The translations under genes and the position numbers were made by a program. A DNA stretch of 64,000 nt from Chiloscyllium plagiosum (taxonomy: Eukaryota), in NCBI RefSeq assembly GCF_004010195.1, contig NC_057728.1, positions 49,875,308-49,939,307 of the forward strand, written 5' to 3'. Of this stretch, positions 51,594 to 64,000 are shown piece after piece; the stretch's first letter is position 1, and each line of letters opens with the position of its first letter. Below the pieces are notes generated by a model, which saw only the letters and a list, made by a program, of their open reading frames with translations, searched no databases and was not told the DNA's origin.

Positions 51594-52829
51594 TGTGACA
51601 TTAGATATCCCCATGCTACATAGCTAATGAGATGCATTTTGAGGTATAATCACAGGTTCTATCTTTGCTTGTATTTCTAATCATGAGGAATTACACTAAT
51701 GACAATAAATTATCTGACTTTTGTATGGACTTCTCATATGTTAACTGTTAAATGATGATGTTGTTTTGGATTTTCTATATTTCATTGTGAAGGTTGAGAC
51801 TGAATCTGTGAAAAATTGTGAACTTAATGATGAGCAACTTAACATTATTCAAATGCTGAAACCAAAAGCAGAAAATTTAATTTTTTTATTGGTCAAAGGT
51901 GATTTTGTTGCAAATTAAGGAATTCAGATAGTGGAAATGAAACATGGATTTTTCACCTCTTTAATTTAATAATGTGCATGAAAGAAGACATTCAATTTGA
52001 AAGGTTTATTTTGTTTGCAAATATTTGTGCATCAAGGACTGCTGATTTTTTGAGAAAGTTTGGCCGAGGTTAGAAATGCTGTGTCTCCTAAATTTGCAAA
52101 CTGTTTCAACAAATCGCAGAGAAAATTGAAAAATCTCTTTGCATCTTAATGATCAAACAGCGAGAGGAAGTTGTAGACTAATTAAATGTCACAGTGCCAC
52201 TGTGCATGTCCGTGGAATGTAAATGAATGTAATTAAGATGCATAATTAAAGCAGGGCTAATTTTATGAATAGACAACTAAAGGAAACTAATTACCTATGA
52301 AAATGTATGTAAAATCTCTGAACGATGCTTTAACTTTGGCCCACACTCCATTCTAGGTTAGTGAGTTACAAACACATTTATCAATGAAACCTGAAGTACA
52401 TTTGGCAGATTGTATTTGTTAATAGTTGTTTGTGAACTTTTCCAAAATAATAAAGATACTTTGTGGCATTGGACTAAAATTGATGGCACTATAGGGAAGG
52501 CAGCAGCGTGATGATAATCCTAATAATTCATGGACCCAAACTCATACATTGAAAGCATTAATTCGATTTATTGTAGTTGCATGTACCCGAGTACAGTGAA
52601 AAGCTTTATTTTGCGAGTAGTATAGGCAGATCAGAGAGAATAAGGACTTACAGATCATTGGGTTCTTGGACAAAGCAGGGCATACAAGGCTATGGCTGCA
52701 TAGGAGGTGCACAAAGCAAGATCAACAAAAGCAAGTTAAAGAGGTCCACTCAGCAAGGAAGAAATTGTTCTTGAACCTGTTGATGCTTGTGTTCAAGCTT
52801 CCCCCATATTCAATTTCTACATACCAGTA

Positions 52830-53145
52830 ATTAGATTAGATTACTTTACGGTGTGGAAACAGGCCCTTCGGCCCAACAAGTCCACACCGCCCCGCCGAAG
52901 TGCAAACCACCCATACCCCTACATTTACCCCTTACCTAACACTACGGGCAATTTAGCATGGCCAATTCACCTGACCTGCACATCTTTGGACTGTGGGAGG
53001 AAACCGGAGCACCCGGAGGAAACCCACGCAGACACGGGGAGAATGTGCAAACTCCACACAGTCAGTCGCCTGAGGCGGGAATTGAACCTGGGTCTCTGGC
53101 GCTGTGAGGCAACAGTGCTAACCACTGTGCCACCGTGCCGCCCAC
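52830..53145 (-). mobile_element. HE1/V-SINE-like SINE (young, full length)
   Basis: ggcggcacggtggcacagtggttagcac head on the minus strand, with a (ttaga)n tail. Confidence 0.9.
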
Positions 53146-53334
53146 AAATTAAGGAATCAATCCACACTTGAGAACTTTTCTCAATAGTGATGGCATGAGG
53201 CAACTAGTGATTGTTATAAATCTTCATCTGGTTCACTAATGTCCTTCTGCAAAGGAAATCTGCCATCCATACACAGTCTGGCCTGCTCCAGATGCGTAAT
53301 AATTTTCCTGCACTGGAATTGCCCTGCAACCCAT

Positions 53335-53895
53335 AAGAACAGAAGAACCAGGAGCAGGAGTAGGCCACTCAGCCCTTCCAGCCTGCTCGTCCACTCAATA
53401 AGATCACTGCTGGTCTTTTTGTGGCCTCAGTTCCACTTACCAGCCCTCTCACCATCACCCTTTATTCCTTCATTGTTAAAAAAAAACCTATCTTAGCTTT
53501 AAAAACGTTTACTGAAGTAGCATCAACAACTTCACTGGGCAAGGAATTCCACAGATCCACAACCCTCTGGATGAAGAAGTTCCTTCTCAACGCAAGTCCT
53601 AAACCTGCTCCCTCTGATTCTGAAGCTATGCCCTCTTGTCCCAGTTTCACCCACCAGTGGAAACGTCCTCTCTATTTCTATCTTATTTATTGCCTTCATG
53701 ATTTTATATGTTTCTATCAGATCGCCCCCCCCCCCCCCAAATTCTTCTAAATTCCAATGAATATAATCCCAGTTTCCTCAGTCTCTCCTCATAAGCCAAC
53801 TCTCTCAACTCCGGAATCAACCTAGTGAACCTCCTCTGCACCCCCTCCAGTGCCGTACATCCTTTCTCAAGTAAGGAGACTAAAACAGCACACAG
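53335..53895 (-). mobile_element. CR1 LINE 3' fragment
   Basis: Reads LRRNFFIQRVVDLWNSLP. Confidence 0.8.
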
Positions 53896-56102
53896 TACTT
53901 CTGTTCATATGGGTTGCGGGGCAATTTCAGTGCAAGTCTCATCAGCACCCTATAAACTCAGTCGTACCAAGCCATTATCTCATGGATTGCAGCGGTTCAA
54001 GAAGGCAGGTGCCCACCACCTTCTCGAGGGCAATTAGCGAAGAACAACGAAAGGCTAGCCCAGACAGTGAAGCCTACGGCCTACGAGTGATTTTTAAAAA
54101 TAGCCATGGTTTAATTTGCAAAGATTCAAGTTAAAGCAGACCAGCTTTGGACTAAACTGTTTATCAAGTTAGTTTATTATTAATTATTACTGAAAGATCC
54201 TGAGGGATGAAGCGATAAGAGTATTAACAAGAAATTGCAGATTAAAACCAGTACAGATAAGCCAAAAGATATTTATAATTAAAGTGGGGTAGTGTGAACC
54301 AGCCGGGAACTTTCTCTCTCATCCGAACTGTGATGTTTTGTTGGTCTACTTGTTTAAGAAAGCACCAAGTATACAATTACTGAAGCCGTCACAGCTACTG
54401 GTTCTAGCTTCAAGTTTTTGATTTGGTTTGCTTAGTCTTTGCAATGGCAACAAAGAACACAAATAATTGTTCCCAACAGAACATTACAAAGACTTACTTT
54501 TGGTTTAATTACTATAAGACCACAAAACCAGAAGATGTGGGATCAGAAGTTAGCCATTTGACACAACAAGTCTGGTCCACCACTTAATGACAATCATGAC
54601 TGATCTGATAACCTCCAACTCCTTAAAACCTTCACAAAGTTGGAAAAGCACAGGAAGCAGTACAGAGATACAGTATTACAAAGAAACAGATTTAAAAACA
54701 ATGAAATCTGTAAAGCAAGAGAAGAATAACCAGTAGTACAATTTTAAGACTTCATCAAAGAATTTAACAGTCATACAGTAACAGAGAGTTAAAAACTACT
54801 GACAAATAAAGAGAATGCTGCACAGAGTCTCACAGACTTTACAGCGGTTCATTAATGAATGCAAGGGACAAACTTAAAGAAGAGTAAAATTGAAGCAGTG
54901 TTGCAATGGTGCAGATTTAAAATATCTTTTCAGTAACAAGATTAAACAGCAGATTGACAAAATAGGAAAAAGATGTATTTCTTAGCAGATTCAAGGCCAG
55001 CAATGGACCATACAGTCAAAGAAAATTGGACTTCATGGAGGCAAAAGTTCTTAAAATTCAACATTGCTGTAAAATCTAACATTAGTTGCAGAAAAGTACA
55101 CAATTACAGAGTTGCAGAAAAGGAGGATGTTATGCATAAAAACCTTAAAATCGCACAACAATCTTTAGAAAATATGACAGAGGCATCTATAGGGAAATTT
55201 GGTGATTCCAAAAATCTAGTTTTCACAAAACCTAATGGATATCCTATTAAAGTTTCAGCTTCTTACAAGTGCTGAGATCAGTTTTGTATCAGACCAGTTG
55301 CCAAGGATAAAGAAGCAGAATCGACAGCCTAAAAAGATCAGACTATCTGGTGAAGGTGGGATAACTGTGAAGAGCACAGAAACGTTACAAGTATACCACA
55401 AAGCAGCACACATCAGAGAGATGAAAATGTGTACATTGTTTGCAATCAACCAACTTCACTTTTCAGTCCCTGCATATCATTACGGCAACTTCCTTATAAG
55501 TCAGGAAGAAGTTTGACTACCCCCCCACAGAGCAACTGGCCCAGAGGAGGTGGTCATGTAGTGGCATTAACACTGGGTTACCAATGTAAAACCCCAGGCT
55601 AGTGTTTGGTGGATATGGGTTCCAACCCAATGTTGGCAAATGGTGAAAATTTGATTAGTTAATAATCTGGAATTAAAATAGCAGAATGGTCACCATGCAA
55701 CCACTGACAATTGACATAAAAACCCCATCTGACTCACAAAAGTCCGTCAGAGAACATTATTTTACCATCATTGTGTGGTCTGGCCTAAATGTTTAAAAAG
55801 CCATATATTTTTCATTATTTGCAATAATTTACTGAAATGGACTGTTATAATTGAAAATTTGTAGACTGTTGCAACTTGAGAAACAAGTATTGCATTTTGA
55901 TGATCTGGGTGATACATGTTGCTTTTCAGAAATAGAAAGAGGAAGAATTCAAGACTGAATGGTACCAAGACTCTTTTGTATTCAGGAAATTCTTGCTAGC
56001 GATAGATAACAGATGCGCTATTAGAATGTCAAAGCTCAGTAAGTGCCAAGAGTGGTGGAGATTGAAAACATTCAGAGCAAGACAAAACAAAGCATTTTCA
56101 AC

Positions 56103-56455
56103 CAGTCATAAAATCCCCACAGTGTGGAAGCAGGTCATTCAACCCATTGATCCCACACCAACCCTTTGAACAGCATCTCACCCAGACCCAGCACCCTGAC
56201 CCTATCCCCATAATCCTGCATTTCCCACAGCTAATCCACCTAAACTGCACATCCCTGGACACTACAGGCAATTTCCCATGGCCAAACCACCTAACCTGCA
56301 CATTTTTGTGACTGTGGGAGGAAACTGGAACACCTGGAGGAAACACACGCAGACACAGAGAGACCATGCAAACTCCACACAGACAGGTCACCCAAGGCTG
56401 GAATCAAACTGTGTCCCCAGTGCTGAGAGACAGCAGTGCTAACCATTGAGACATC
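56103..56455 (-). mobile_element. HE1/V-SINE-like SINE
   Basis: Reverse copy of the same core. Confidence 0.8.
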
Positions 56456-57206
56456 ATCTTGCCCAAGGGAAAACCAGTGGAAGATATAATTAGACTTCCT
56501 AAACTCATGACAGATCATGAAGAAAAAAATAAACTGTTGAGCTGATCATTGATGAAATAAAGTAAGTATTTCATGTGTCCAAGATGAAACATTGGCCAGC
56601 AACAGAGGCTCAATCAAATTTGACACGAATAAAAGAGAGACTAACATTGTATTTTGTTAAAATTGATGCATGAATGTGGACGCCACTGGTGAGGGAAGCA
56701 TTCATTGCACATCCTTAATTACCCACGAGGAGGTCAAGAGTCAACAAAATTGCTGTGGGTCTGGAGTCACATTTAAGCCAATCTGAGTAAGGGCACAGCA
56801 GATTTCCTACCCTAAAGGACATTAGTGAATCAGATGGGTTTTTACAACAATCGACAGTAGTCACTATTAGGCTATCCTTTTTAAAAATTTTACCTTTTTA
56901 AAAATATCACCAATGGCCATGGTAGGATACAACAACATGCCGGGATTATGGATTGACATTCCCAATACACCACTGCCTCCCCGTTCACTAACATGTCCGG
57001 AACAAAACTCCAGCAAGTTGGTTGAGAGACAAACTCTGATAGCCAATAGTCCTTCTCAATCATAATGGTTTAGCATTGCATTGGTGTTAGATATATTCGA
57101 AAGGATACACATTGCCAGGTGTACAGACTCAGTCAGCAGTGTGGTGGTCAGAAGTCTCAAAAATGATTAAAGATCTCATATCCCATATTAATACCTACAA
57201 TTATAT

Positions 57207-57810
57207 TTCAGTTATTGTATTTGTTGCTCCCGGTGCGGTCTCCTCTATATTGGGGAGACTGGATGCCTTCTTGCAGTACACTTTAGAGAACATCTCCAGG
57301 ACACCTGCACCAATTATCCCCACCGCCCCGTGACCAAACATTTCAACACCACCCTGCCCTACTCTGCCAAGGATGTACAGGTCAGGGCCTCTTCCATCAC
57401 CACTCCCTCACCACCCGACGCCTGGAGGAAGAATGCCTTATCTTCCGTCTCAGGACCCTTCAACCCCAGGGCATCAATGTGGACTTCACCAGTTTCCTCA
57501 TTTCCCCTCCCCTACCTTACTCTAGTTCCAACCTTCTAGCTTAGGCCTGTCCTCATGACCTATCCCACCTGTCAATCTTCCTTCCTACTGATCTGCTCCA
57601 CCCTCCTCTCCGACCTATCACCTCTACCCCCACCTCCATCCACCTATTGCACTCTCAGCTACCTTCCCCCGAGCCCCACACCCTCCCATTTACCTCTCCA
57701 CCCCCAAGGGTCCTAGCCTCATTCCTGATGAAGGGCTCCGGCCCGAACTAACAATTCTCCTGCTCCTCGGATGCTGCCTGACCTGCTGTGCTTTTCCAGC
57801 ACCACAGTCT
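57207..57810 (+). mobile_element. Penelope-like element 3' fragment (GIY-YIG plus 3' end)
   Basis: Reads YCICCSRCGLLYIGET and is homologous to 23258-23842. Possible TSD caattatat at 57198-57206 and 57811-57819. Confidence 0.85.
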
Positions 57811-58899
57811 CAATTATATAAGATTGTCAAGTCTGGAGAACACCTCTGTTATCATTCAAGGTTGATCAGGAGCTAAAACCCAGCCAAACTTGGAAAAAGA
57901 AGTGAATACTGAGAAGTGGAATGAGCAAGCCAACCCACTTCACTGCTACTTCACTGATCACCTTCAGACAACAGAGAAATTAATGCCACTGACAGAGCTG
58001 GTGTTGAGTGAGCAGAAATTTTCAGTAACATAACTGAGTGCCTGGAAAGATTTACTCTAATCATCAAACAAACATTATGAGTGACTGTAGACTTCTAGCC
58101 TGGTTGATAGGTCAAAAGAGAGGATCTGCATATAATTCCATGGGTCCAGGCCTGGAATCCAGGACATGATCAAGATGAAAAACTGCCTGGTCCAAGCATC
58201 CGGGATGTTGCAAAAACAGGATCTACCTCAACCAATTAGAAAGCAATTTCCTCTTCCAGAAATCCAGGAGATGACAAGAAAATAACCCTGGTGCCAACAG
58301 AGCAGCTATCTTCCAAGGAGGGACTTGAGGAGACTAATGCATGTCCAGAGAAGGCAATGGATCAACAATAGTATCCATAAAGAAGAAAATTGTCTGCAAA
58401 TGATATCTGAGGGCTAAAAAAGTCCTTCGGGTAGAGAAATGAATCACAGCTCAGAACCAGGATCAAGAGTTGTCAGGTCAGAGACCTAAACTTCAAGTCC
58501 AAAGAGATTGTGTCCCAGAAACGGTATGAAGCATCCAGATTCAAACATCCACACATCCAAATGCAGACGCACTTGTGATGTCAGAGATTTGGGGAGCAGA
58601 TATGGCAATGATACATATAAAGGAGGTAACCTCACGATTTCTTTCTGTGTTGACAGCAGGGGGGGAGAATCTTGTGGAGATGTTTAATGTAAAGATTCTG
58701 AAGGTTTTAATGTTCATGTTACATGGGTTCCAGCCATTCTAATGTTGCCACACACAATCTATGGATGAAGACAGGGAATTCCAGTCTAGCTTTTGGAAGG
58801 AATAAATGAATCTGCACCAGACTTAAAGCATCATAATTATAAAAAATAAACCTTCCTGTTATTTGGGAACTGTGCCTGGCTGTATAATAGGGTGATCCT

Positions 58900-59265
58900 C
58901 CTCCACTAAATACCAGATAGGCTCAAGAAAAATAGCACATGAGCAACGCTGGAACAGCTGCGTCAGGCCTACACTCTGCAGTGAGGGCTTGACAACAAAC
59001 ACCTTCACAAGTTAAGAAACGCCCAACTCTACAGAGCAGTTGTTGGCACACGCTCCTGTATCTTTGGATTGATTTGGACTGTGTATCATCGGCCCATACA
59101 AACATTACAGAAATTCGACCAGCAACTCCTCCACTGCATTCTCCAGGTTCAATGAGAGGACAGGTAAACAAATGCTGGTGTCCTTCTTGAAGCCACTCCA
59201 CCAGTGTTCAGGCAAAACTGTGACTAACCCAATCTTTGATGTAGTGCTACTGCGTCCTTGGCAAC
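58900..59265 (+). mobile_element. RTE-clade LINE RT C-terminal fragment
   Basis: Reads LYRAVVGTRS/LLY...WTVYHR.IQTLQKFDQQLLHCILQVQ*EDR*TN, a decayed RTE motif. Confidence 0.6.
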
Positions 59266-59295
59266 TGAAAACTCGCATCTCCCATCAGGGGTTGT

Positions 59296-59326
<31 letters not shown>

Positions 59327-60734
59327 ATCTTCAAATGGCCAGTTTTTCAGGGGAGGGCAAAGAAAATGCTTTGATCTCACTCTGAATCTGTCCTTGAAGT
59401 ATGGCAGCATTGATGTTATTGACTGGGTTCGCTAGCAAGTGTTCAGAAAGGCAACAACTTGACCATTGAAGGTGCATTATGCTTTGAGTCATCACGTCTT
59501 AATAATGAGACATTGCAGAGGCACAGAAGGAAAGAATAGAGTTGCAAATCCTGCACTCTGAGCTCCATTACCCTCATAGACATTGTCCCCATCAGCCCAG
59601 AGATCTGTGGGTCGAGAATTGGCTTGTTAAGTCACATTAAGATCGATAGCAGAAAGTCACACCCCAGAATAAGTGTTATCCGTGAATGGAGGGGCAGTCA
59701 GTGCTGATGGACAGAAAACCTGGGTGTCTCAAATTAAAAACTTGAGCTAATTTGACAAATGATGAGCACGGAAATAAAAATATTCTTTGTGAACCTATCG
59801 ATCCAGTGATTTATTTTTTGACACTCTTGTACTGACCAGCATATTGCCCATTTGTTGTACCTTGAACAGCAGCAACATGTACTTCCATACCTAGTGGGTC
59901 TTAATTGCAGCTGATCATCTCTCTACAACGTGATAGTTCAACCTCTCCACATGAGCCATAAGCTGGTGGAGAATTACGGGCAATTTTGGACAGTGGACTT
60001 CCGCCCACAAGAGCCTGGACTGAATCTGCTGAAAAACACTTTACTTCATCTTATAATCAGTGGTGAGAAAGAGAGAAACAGCGAGAGAGAGAGCTTTTAT
60101 CCTCTCATTCAGACCTTGGCTCCAAGTGGTTACAATAGACCATTCAGTCCAGCACAATCTTCCTGCAGTGCACGCCTGAGAGAATTCATCCCTTATTCTT
60201 TTCATCTCTCTTTTTACCCCGTTGCCATCTAAAAATCAATCAATCAATCAGTTTGTTCCATGTCCCATGAGAATTCAGTACTGCTTATGCAAGTCAGTTT
60301 GAGCAGAAATGCTAAACAAAATCAGAGGATTTCATTCTGGCAAGGCTTGAACAAATGTGCCAGTATCTGCTCCCATATCCTGATGAGGTTTGGTGATGTG
60401 GAATGGCAGCTTGCGTTTCAGTGAAGCCATAGCAGACCCACAGAGGGATGCTGGAATTCGGCAGGGGCCGTGTGCATGCCGACAGGGGACTGAGGGCAGG
60501 TGCTGATGTTGCCATGGGAGCAGCCATCACTGCCACTCAAAAATGTCCCACAAAAGAGGTGCCTACCACCCCCACCCTTAAGCCCCCTCCCACCCCCTCC
60601 ACCAATCGTAGGACAGGCCTGGCAGCTACGGGCAACACAGCTGTCAGTCAAATGCCAGGGGTAACAGGAAGAGACCCTTGAGTGGCAACGTAAGTGGTTC
60701 TGTTGGTTTACAGGAAGATGGTCAGGTAGGCACT

Positions 60735-61056
60735 CTGTGTCAGTGTGTGTGGGTGTGTGTGTGCGTGTGTGGTGGGGGGGGGGGTTCGTGTATCTGTGTG
60801 CGGTGTGTATAGGTGTGTGGCATCTATACGTGTGTATTTGTGCATGTGTGTGTGGTGTGTATGTGTCCGTGTGCATGTGTGTGTGTCTGTTTGGCAATGT
60901 ATGCATGTGTGTGTGTGGTGTGTATGTGTGTGCGTGTGTGTGCGGTGTGTATGCGTGTGTGTGTGTGTGCATGTGTGTCCATGTGTGTGTGATGTGTATG
61001 TGTGCTTGTGTGCATGTGTGTGTGTCTGTGTGTACGTGTGCATGTGTGTGCGTGTT
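60735..61056. repeat. Degenerate (GT)n-rich simple repeat
   Basis: Directly visible. Confidence 0.95.
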
Positions 61057-62849
61057 TGACATGACTGGGAATGGTAGGAAGGTTTCCCAAACATTCAAAT
61101 TGGTGGCCGTGATGTATTGTTTGTTTGTTGTCCTCATTATTGAAGTACTTAGTGTGTGGTGAGTGTTAAACTCTTTCCCGTCTGGATAAATATCTTCCCG
61201 TCTTTTGGCTTAGTCGTCATTCACAATTCAGCTGAAAAGCAGTAAGTAGCATTCATGGCACAGGGGTTACATACAATGAACATCCCTATCAAGAGAGATT
61301 CGTCTGCAGCTGGGTAGATAACAGTGAATACAAGGCATTGGACATTTATCACTGCACCTTCCTACACTATTCTGCCTGCTTTGTTCCATATTACCAAAGG
61401 AGTGTAAATTCAGACCCCCTTACTCTGTTTTTCCCACAGTGGTTGTTACCCTGACCCGCTGAGCATCTCCAACAGTTACTGCCGTTTGAATCAAGTATGT
61501 ACAGGGTTAAAATCTTGCAGCTGTGGGTGTACTGAAAACCTCATGGAGTGCAGAGGTGTAAGAAAGTATCTGCACCACCACCACTGCTTTCTCAAGGGCA
61601 ATTAGGGACAGGCAATTCATTTACAAGAATGGTTCCATGAAAGAGAAGCTTCAGTTATGAGGATAGATTGAGTGGTCACCTTGAAGACAAGAAGGCTGAG
61701 AGGAGATTTCATATGGCCTTTAAAAACCCTGAGTGCGCTAGATAGAGGAGATAGCTTGAAGCTTTTTCTGCTTGTAAAAGAAAACAAAAATCAATGACAG
61801 AGGATAGATTTAAAATGATGTGCAACAAAACAAGGGCGATTCAAGAACAAATATTTTCAGACAGCGAGTAGTTAAGGGTATGGAATACACAGCCTGGAAA
61901 TGTGGTGGAGGCAGGTTCAGTTGAAGTATTGGATAATTATTTGAACAGAAATGGTGTGCAGGGATATGGGAAAAAAACCAGGAGATTGGCACTCGGGGAT
62001 AGTAGCAGTGCAAAGACGATGGGCTGAATGATATCCTTCTGCACCATAACAACTCTTTGATTCAATGATTCTCTGACCATCCAAATAAATACTGTGGGGG
62101 CTCTTGTGTCACAGTAATAGTGTCCCTGTCTATAAACTAGGAGGTCTGTGTTCAAGTCCAACCTGCTCCAGAGGTGTGCAAGAACAATGCTAAACAGGCT
62201 AATCTGGAAACTGTCTATAAATACAGTGAACAGCTTAGAGGCTAGGAATTCTGTAGCGAGTAAATTGTATCCTAACTCCCCAAAGTCTGCCCATGATCTA
62301 CAAGGTGCAAATCAGTATTGTGATGGAATACTCTCCAATTGCCTGGATGGGTGGAGCTCCAACAGCACTCAAGAAGCTTGACACCGTCCAGGACAAAAGC
62401 AGCCCGCTTGATCGGTACCAAGTGCCACCTTTAGCATTCTCTCCCTCTGCCGCATAGTGTGTACTATTTAAAAGATCCACTGCATTAATGCAGCAAACCC
62501 CTTTGATTGCCTCTCCTAAACCTGCAAAATCTATCATGTAGGATGACCAGCAAAGAAGATACATAGGAGCAACACATTCTGCACATACCCTTTTCAGCTG
62601 TACACCATCCTGACATGGGAACATGTGACCTTCCGTTTCTCCAGAATTGTTGGGTCAAAATCATAGAACTTCACACCCCCACCTCCCACCAGAGGACCGT
62701 GGGTCTACCCACACCAAGTCAACTCCAGCGGTTCAAGAAAGGAGTTTACCACCATCTTCATCAGGGCAATTTGGAACGGGCAGCTATTTCTGGTCGAGCC
62801 AGCAATGCCCACAGCCTGAGAACAAATTCAAAACAAATGTGGTTTCAAA

Positions 62850-63245
62850 ATCATAGAATCCTTACAGTGTGGAAGCAGGCCATTCAGCCCATTGAGTCCA
62901 CACCCACCCTCCAAAGAACATCCCACCCAGATCTACATCCTATCCTACCCCTTTAACCTACATTTCCCATGGCTAATCTACCTAGTCTGCCCATCCCTGG
63001 GCAATTTAGCATGGCCAATCCCCCCTAATCTGCACATCTTTGGACTGTGGGGGGAAACCAGAGCACCTGGAGGAAACCCATGCAGACACTGGGAAAATGT
63101 GAGCAAACTTTGGGGAGTCAGGAGGCAATTTATTCGCTACAGAATTCCTAGCCACTGGGAGAATGTGCAAACAATTGCCCGAAAGTAGAATCGAACACAG
63201 GTCCCAGGTGCTGTGAGGCAGCAGTGTTAACCACTGGGTCACTCC
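62850..63245 (-). mobile_element. HE1/V-SINE-like SINE carrying a 55-bp internal insertion
   Basis: SINE core interrupted at 63098-63152. Confidence 0.8.
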
Positions 63246-64000
63246 AAAGTGTTTTGAACAATTATATAGTCTCGATAAATGAGATGACAGTGGGGAGAAT
63301 TCAAATTCAATGAATAAATCTGAAGCTTTCTTGGCAATGGTAACCCTAACAATCATCAATTGGCATTGAAGGAGATCTGCCATTTCTACTCATACCCACA
63401 GCAATGTGGTGAACACTTAACTGCCCTCTGAAATGGCCAAGTAGGGCACTCAGTTTCAGGGGTAATTAGGGATGGCAATGCATGTGGCTTTGCCAGTGTC
63501 CACATCCCATGAAAGAATGAAAAATAAAAGTTGTGATAAAAGAATCACCAATTCCCAGAGCACTCACTACGAGTTTCACAATAGTTATGAAAGATATAAT
63601 GTCAGGGGCCCGACATCACTCTGTCTGTTATGTTATTACTCAATGAATATTTCACAAAATCTTTTTATCCCCAAGCTGCATTCAAGCGCCATTTCTTTTC
63701 AATCTCATGTGAGGTTTATTTGGAAATATTTATGGAGCACAAAACGTGTTTTCTGTTTTCTTTCTGCATGAAATTCACTCAGTGACACGCCATCGTGAAT
63801 TGTACGCTGAATGGAAAAAGGTAGAGAGACTGGACTGGAGTGTGGGGGTTGGGAGAGTGTCAATGCAGGGCACCCTCACTAGAAATGCACCAGGGGCTTG
63901 AAAGCGGCTGAGCAAGCCACTCAGTTCAAGGGGCAATCAGGGATAGGCCTATGCCAGCCTAACCAGTGACACCCATGTCCTGCTAAAAGAATAAAGGAAA

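Larger units (their letters stand above)
54950..58670 (+). mobile_element. Highly decayed Ty3/Gypsy internal region, interrupted by younger SINEs and a Penelope fragment
   Basis: Gag-like ENWTSWRQKF, an integrase-zinc-finger-like IH...RC...VWW near 57100-57150, and a purine tract at about 58657-58668. Confidence 0.4.

Noticed and set aside
52830..53145. tRNA genes at SINE heads
   Set aside because: A and B boxes are present but embedded in multi-copy SINE bodies, with no complete cloverleaf.
60418..61162. His/Thr-rich or Cys/Val-rich ORFs
   Set aside because: They are translations of a degenerate GT microsatellite.

Overview
Vertebrate genomic DNA, most likely from a shark or other elasmobranch, judging by the HE1/V-SINE-like and Deu-type SINEs and the dense CR1, L2 and Penelope-like repeats. 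One protein-coding gene can be assembled by hand on the + strand. It has five coding exons (13905-13975, 16005-16137, 22805-22954, 25088-25193, 29364-29470), all with GT-AG introns and matching phases. They encode a 188-aa recoverin/GCAP-family EF-hand protein that I recognise as guanylyl cyclase inhibitory protein (GCIP), preceded by a TATA box and photoreceptor-type TAATC motifs. The rest is mostly transposon debris, plus a 3.3-kb perfect 36-bp tandem array and a 408-N gap. The most interesting signal is a set of 100-470 bp palindromic insertions built from two head-to-head copies of a Penelope-like element 3' end. The most intact copies carry a minimal hammerhead ribozyme core on both strands, and most copies are flanked by a 12-16 bp target-site duplication (TSD). 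The same design recurs in three sequence-divergent families, and one copy encloses about 230 bp of unrelated cargo between its TSDs. Two local inverted templated duplications are also visible. All family assignments are from reading the sequence; no searches were run.
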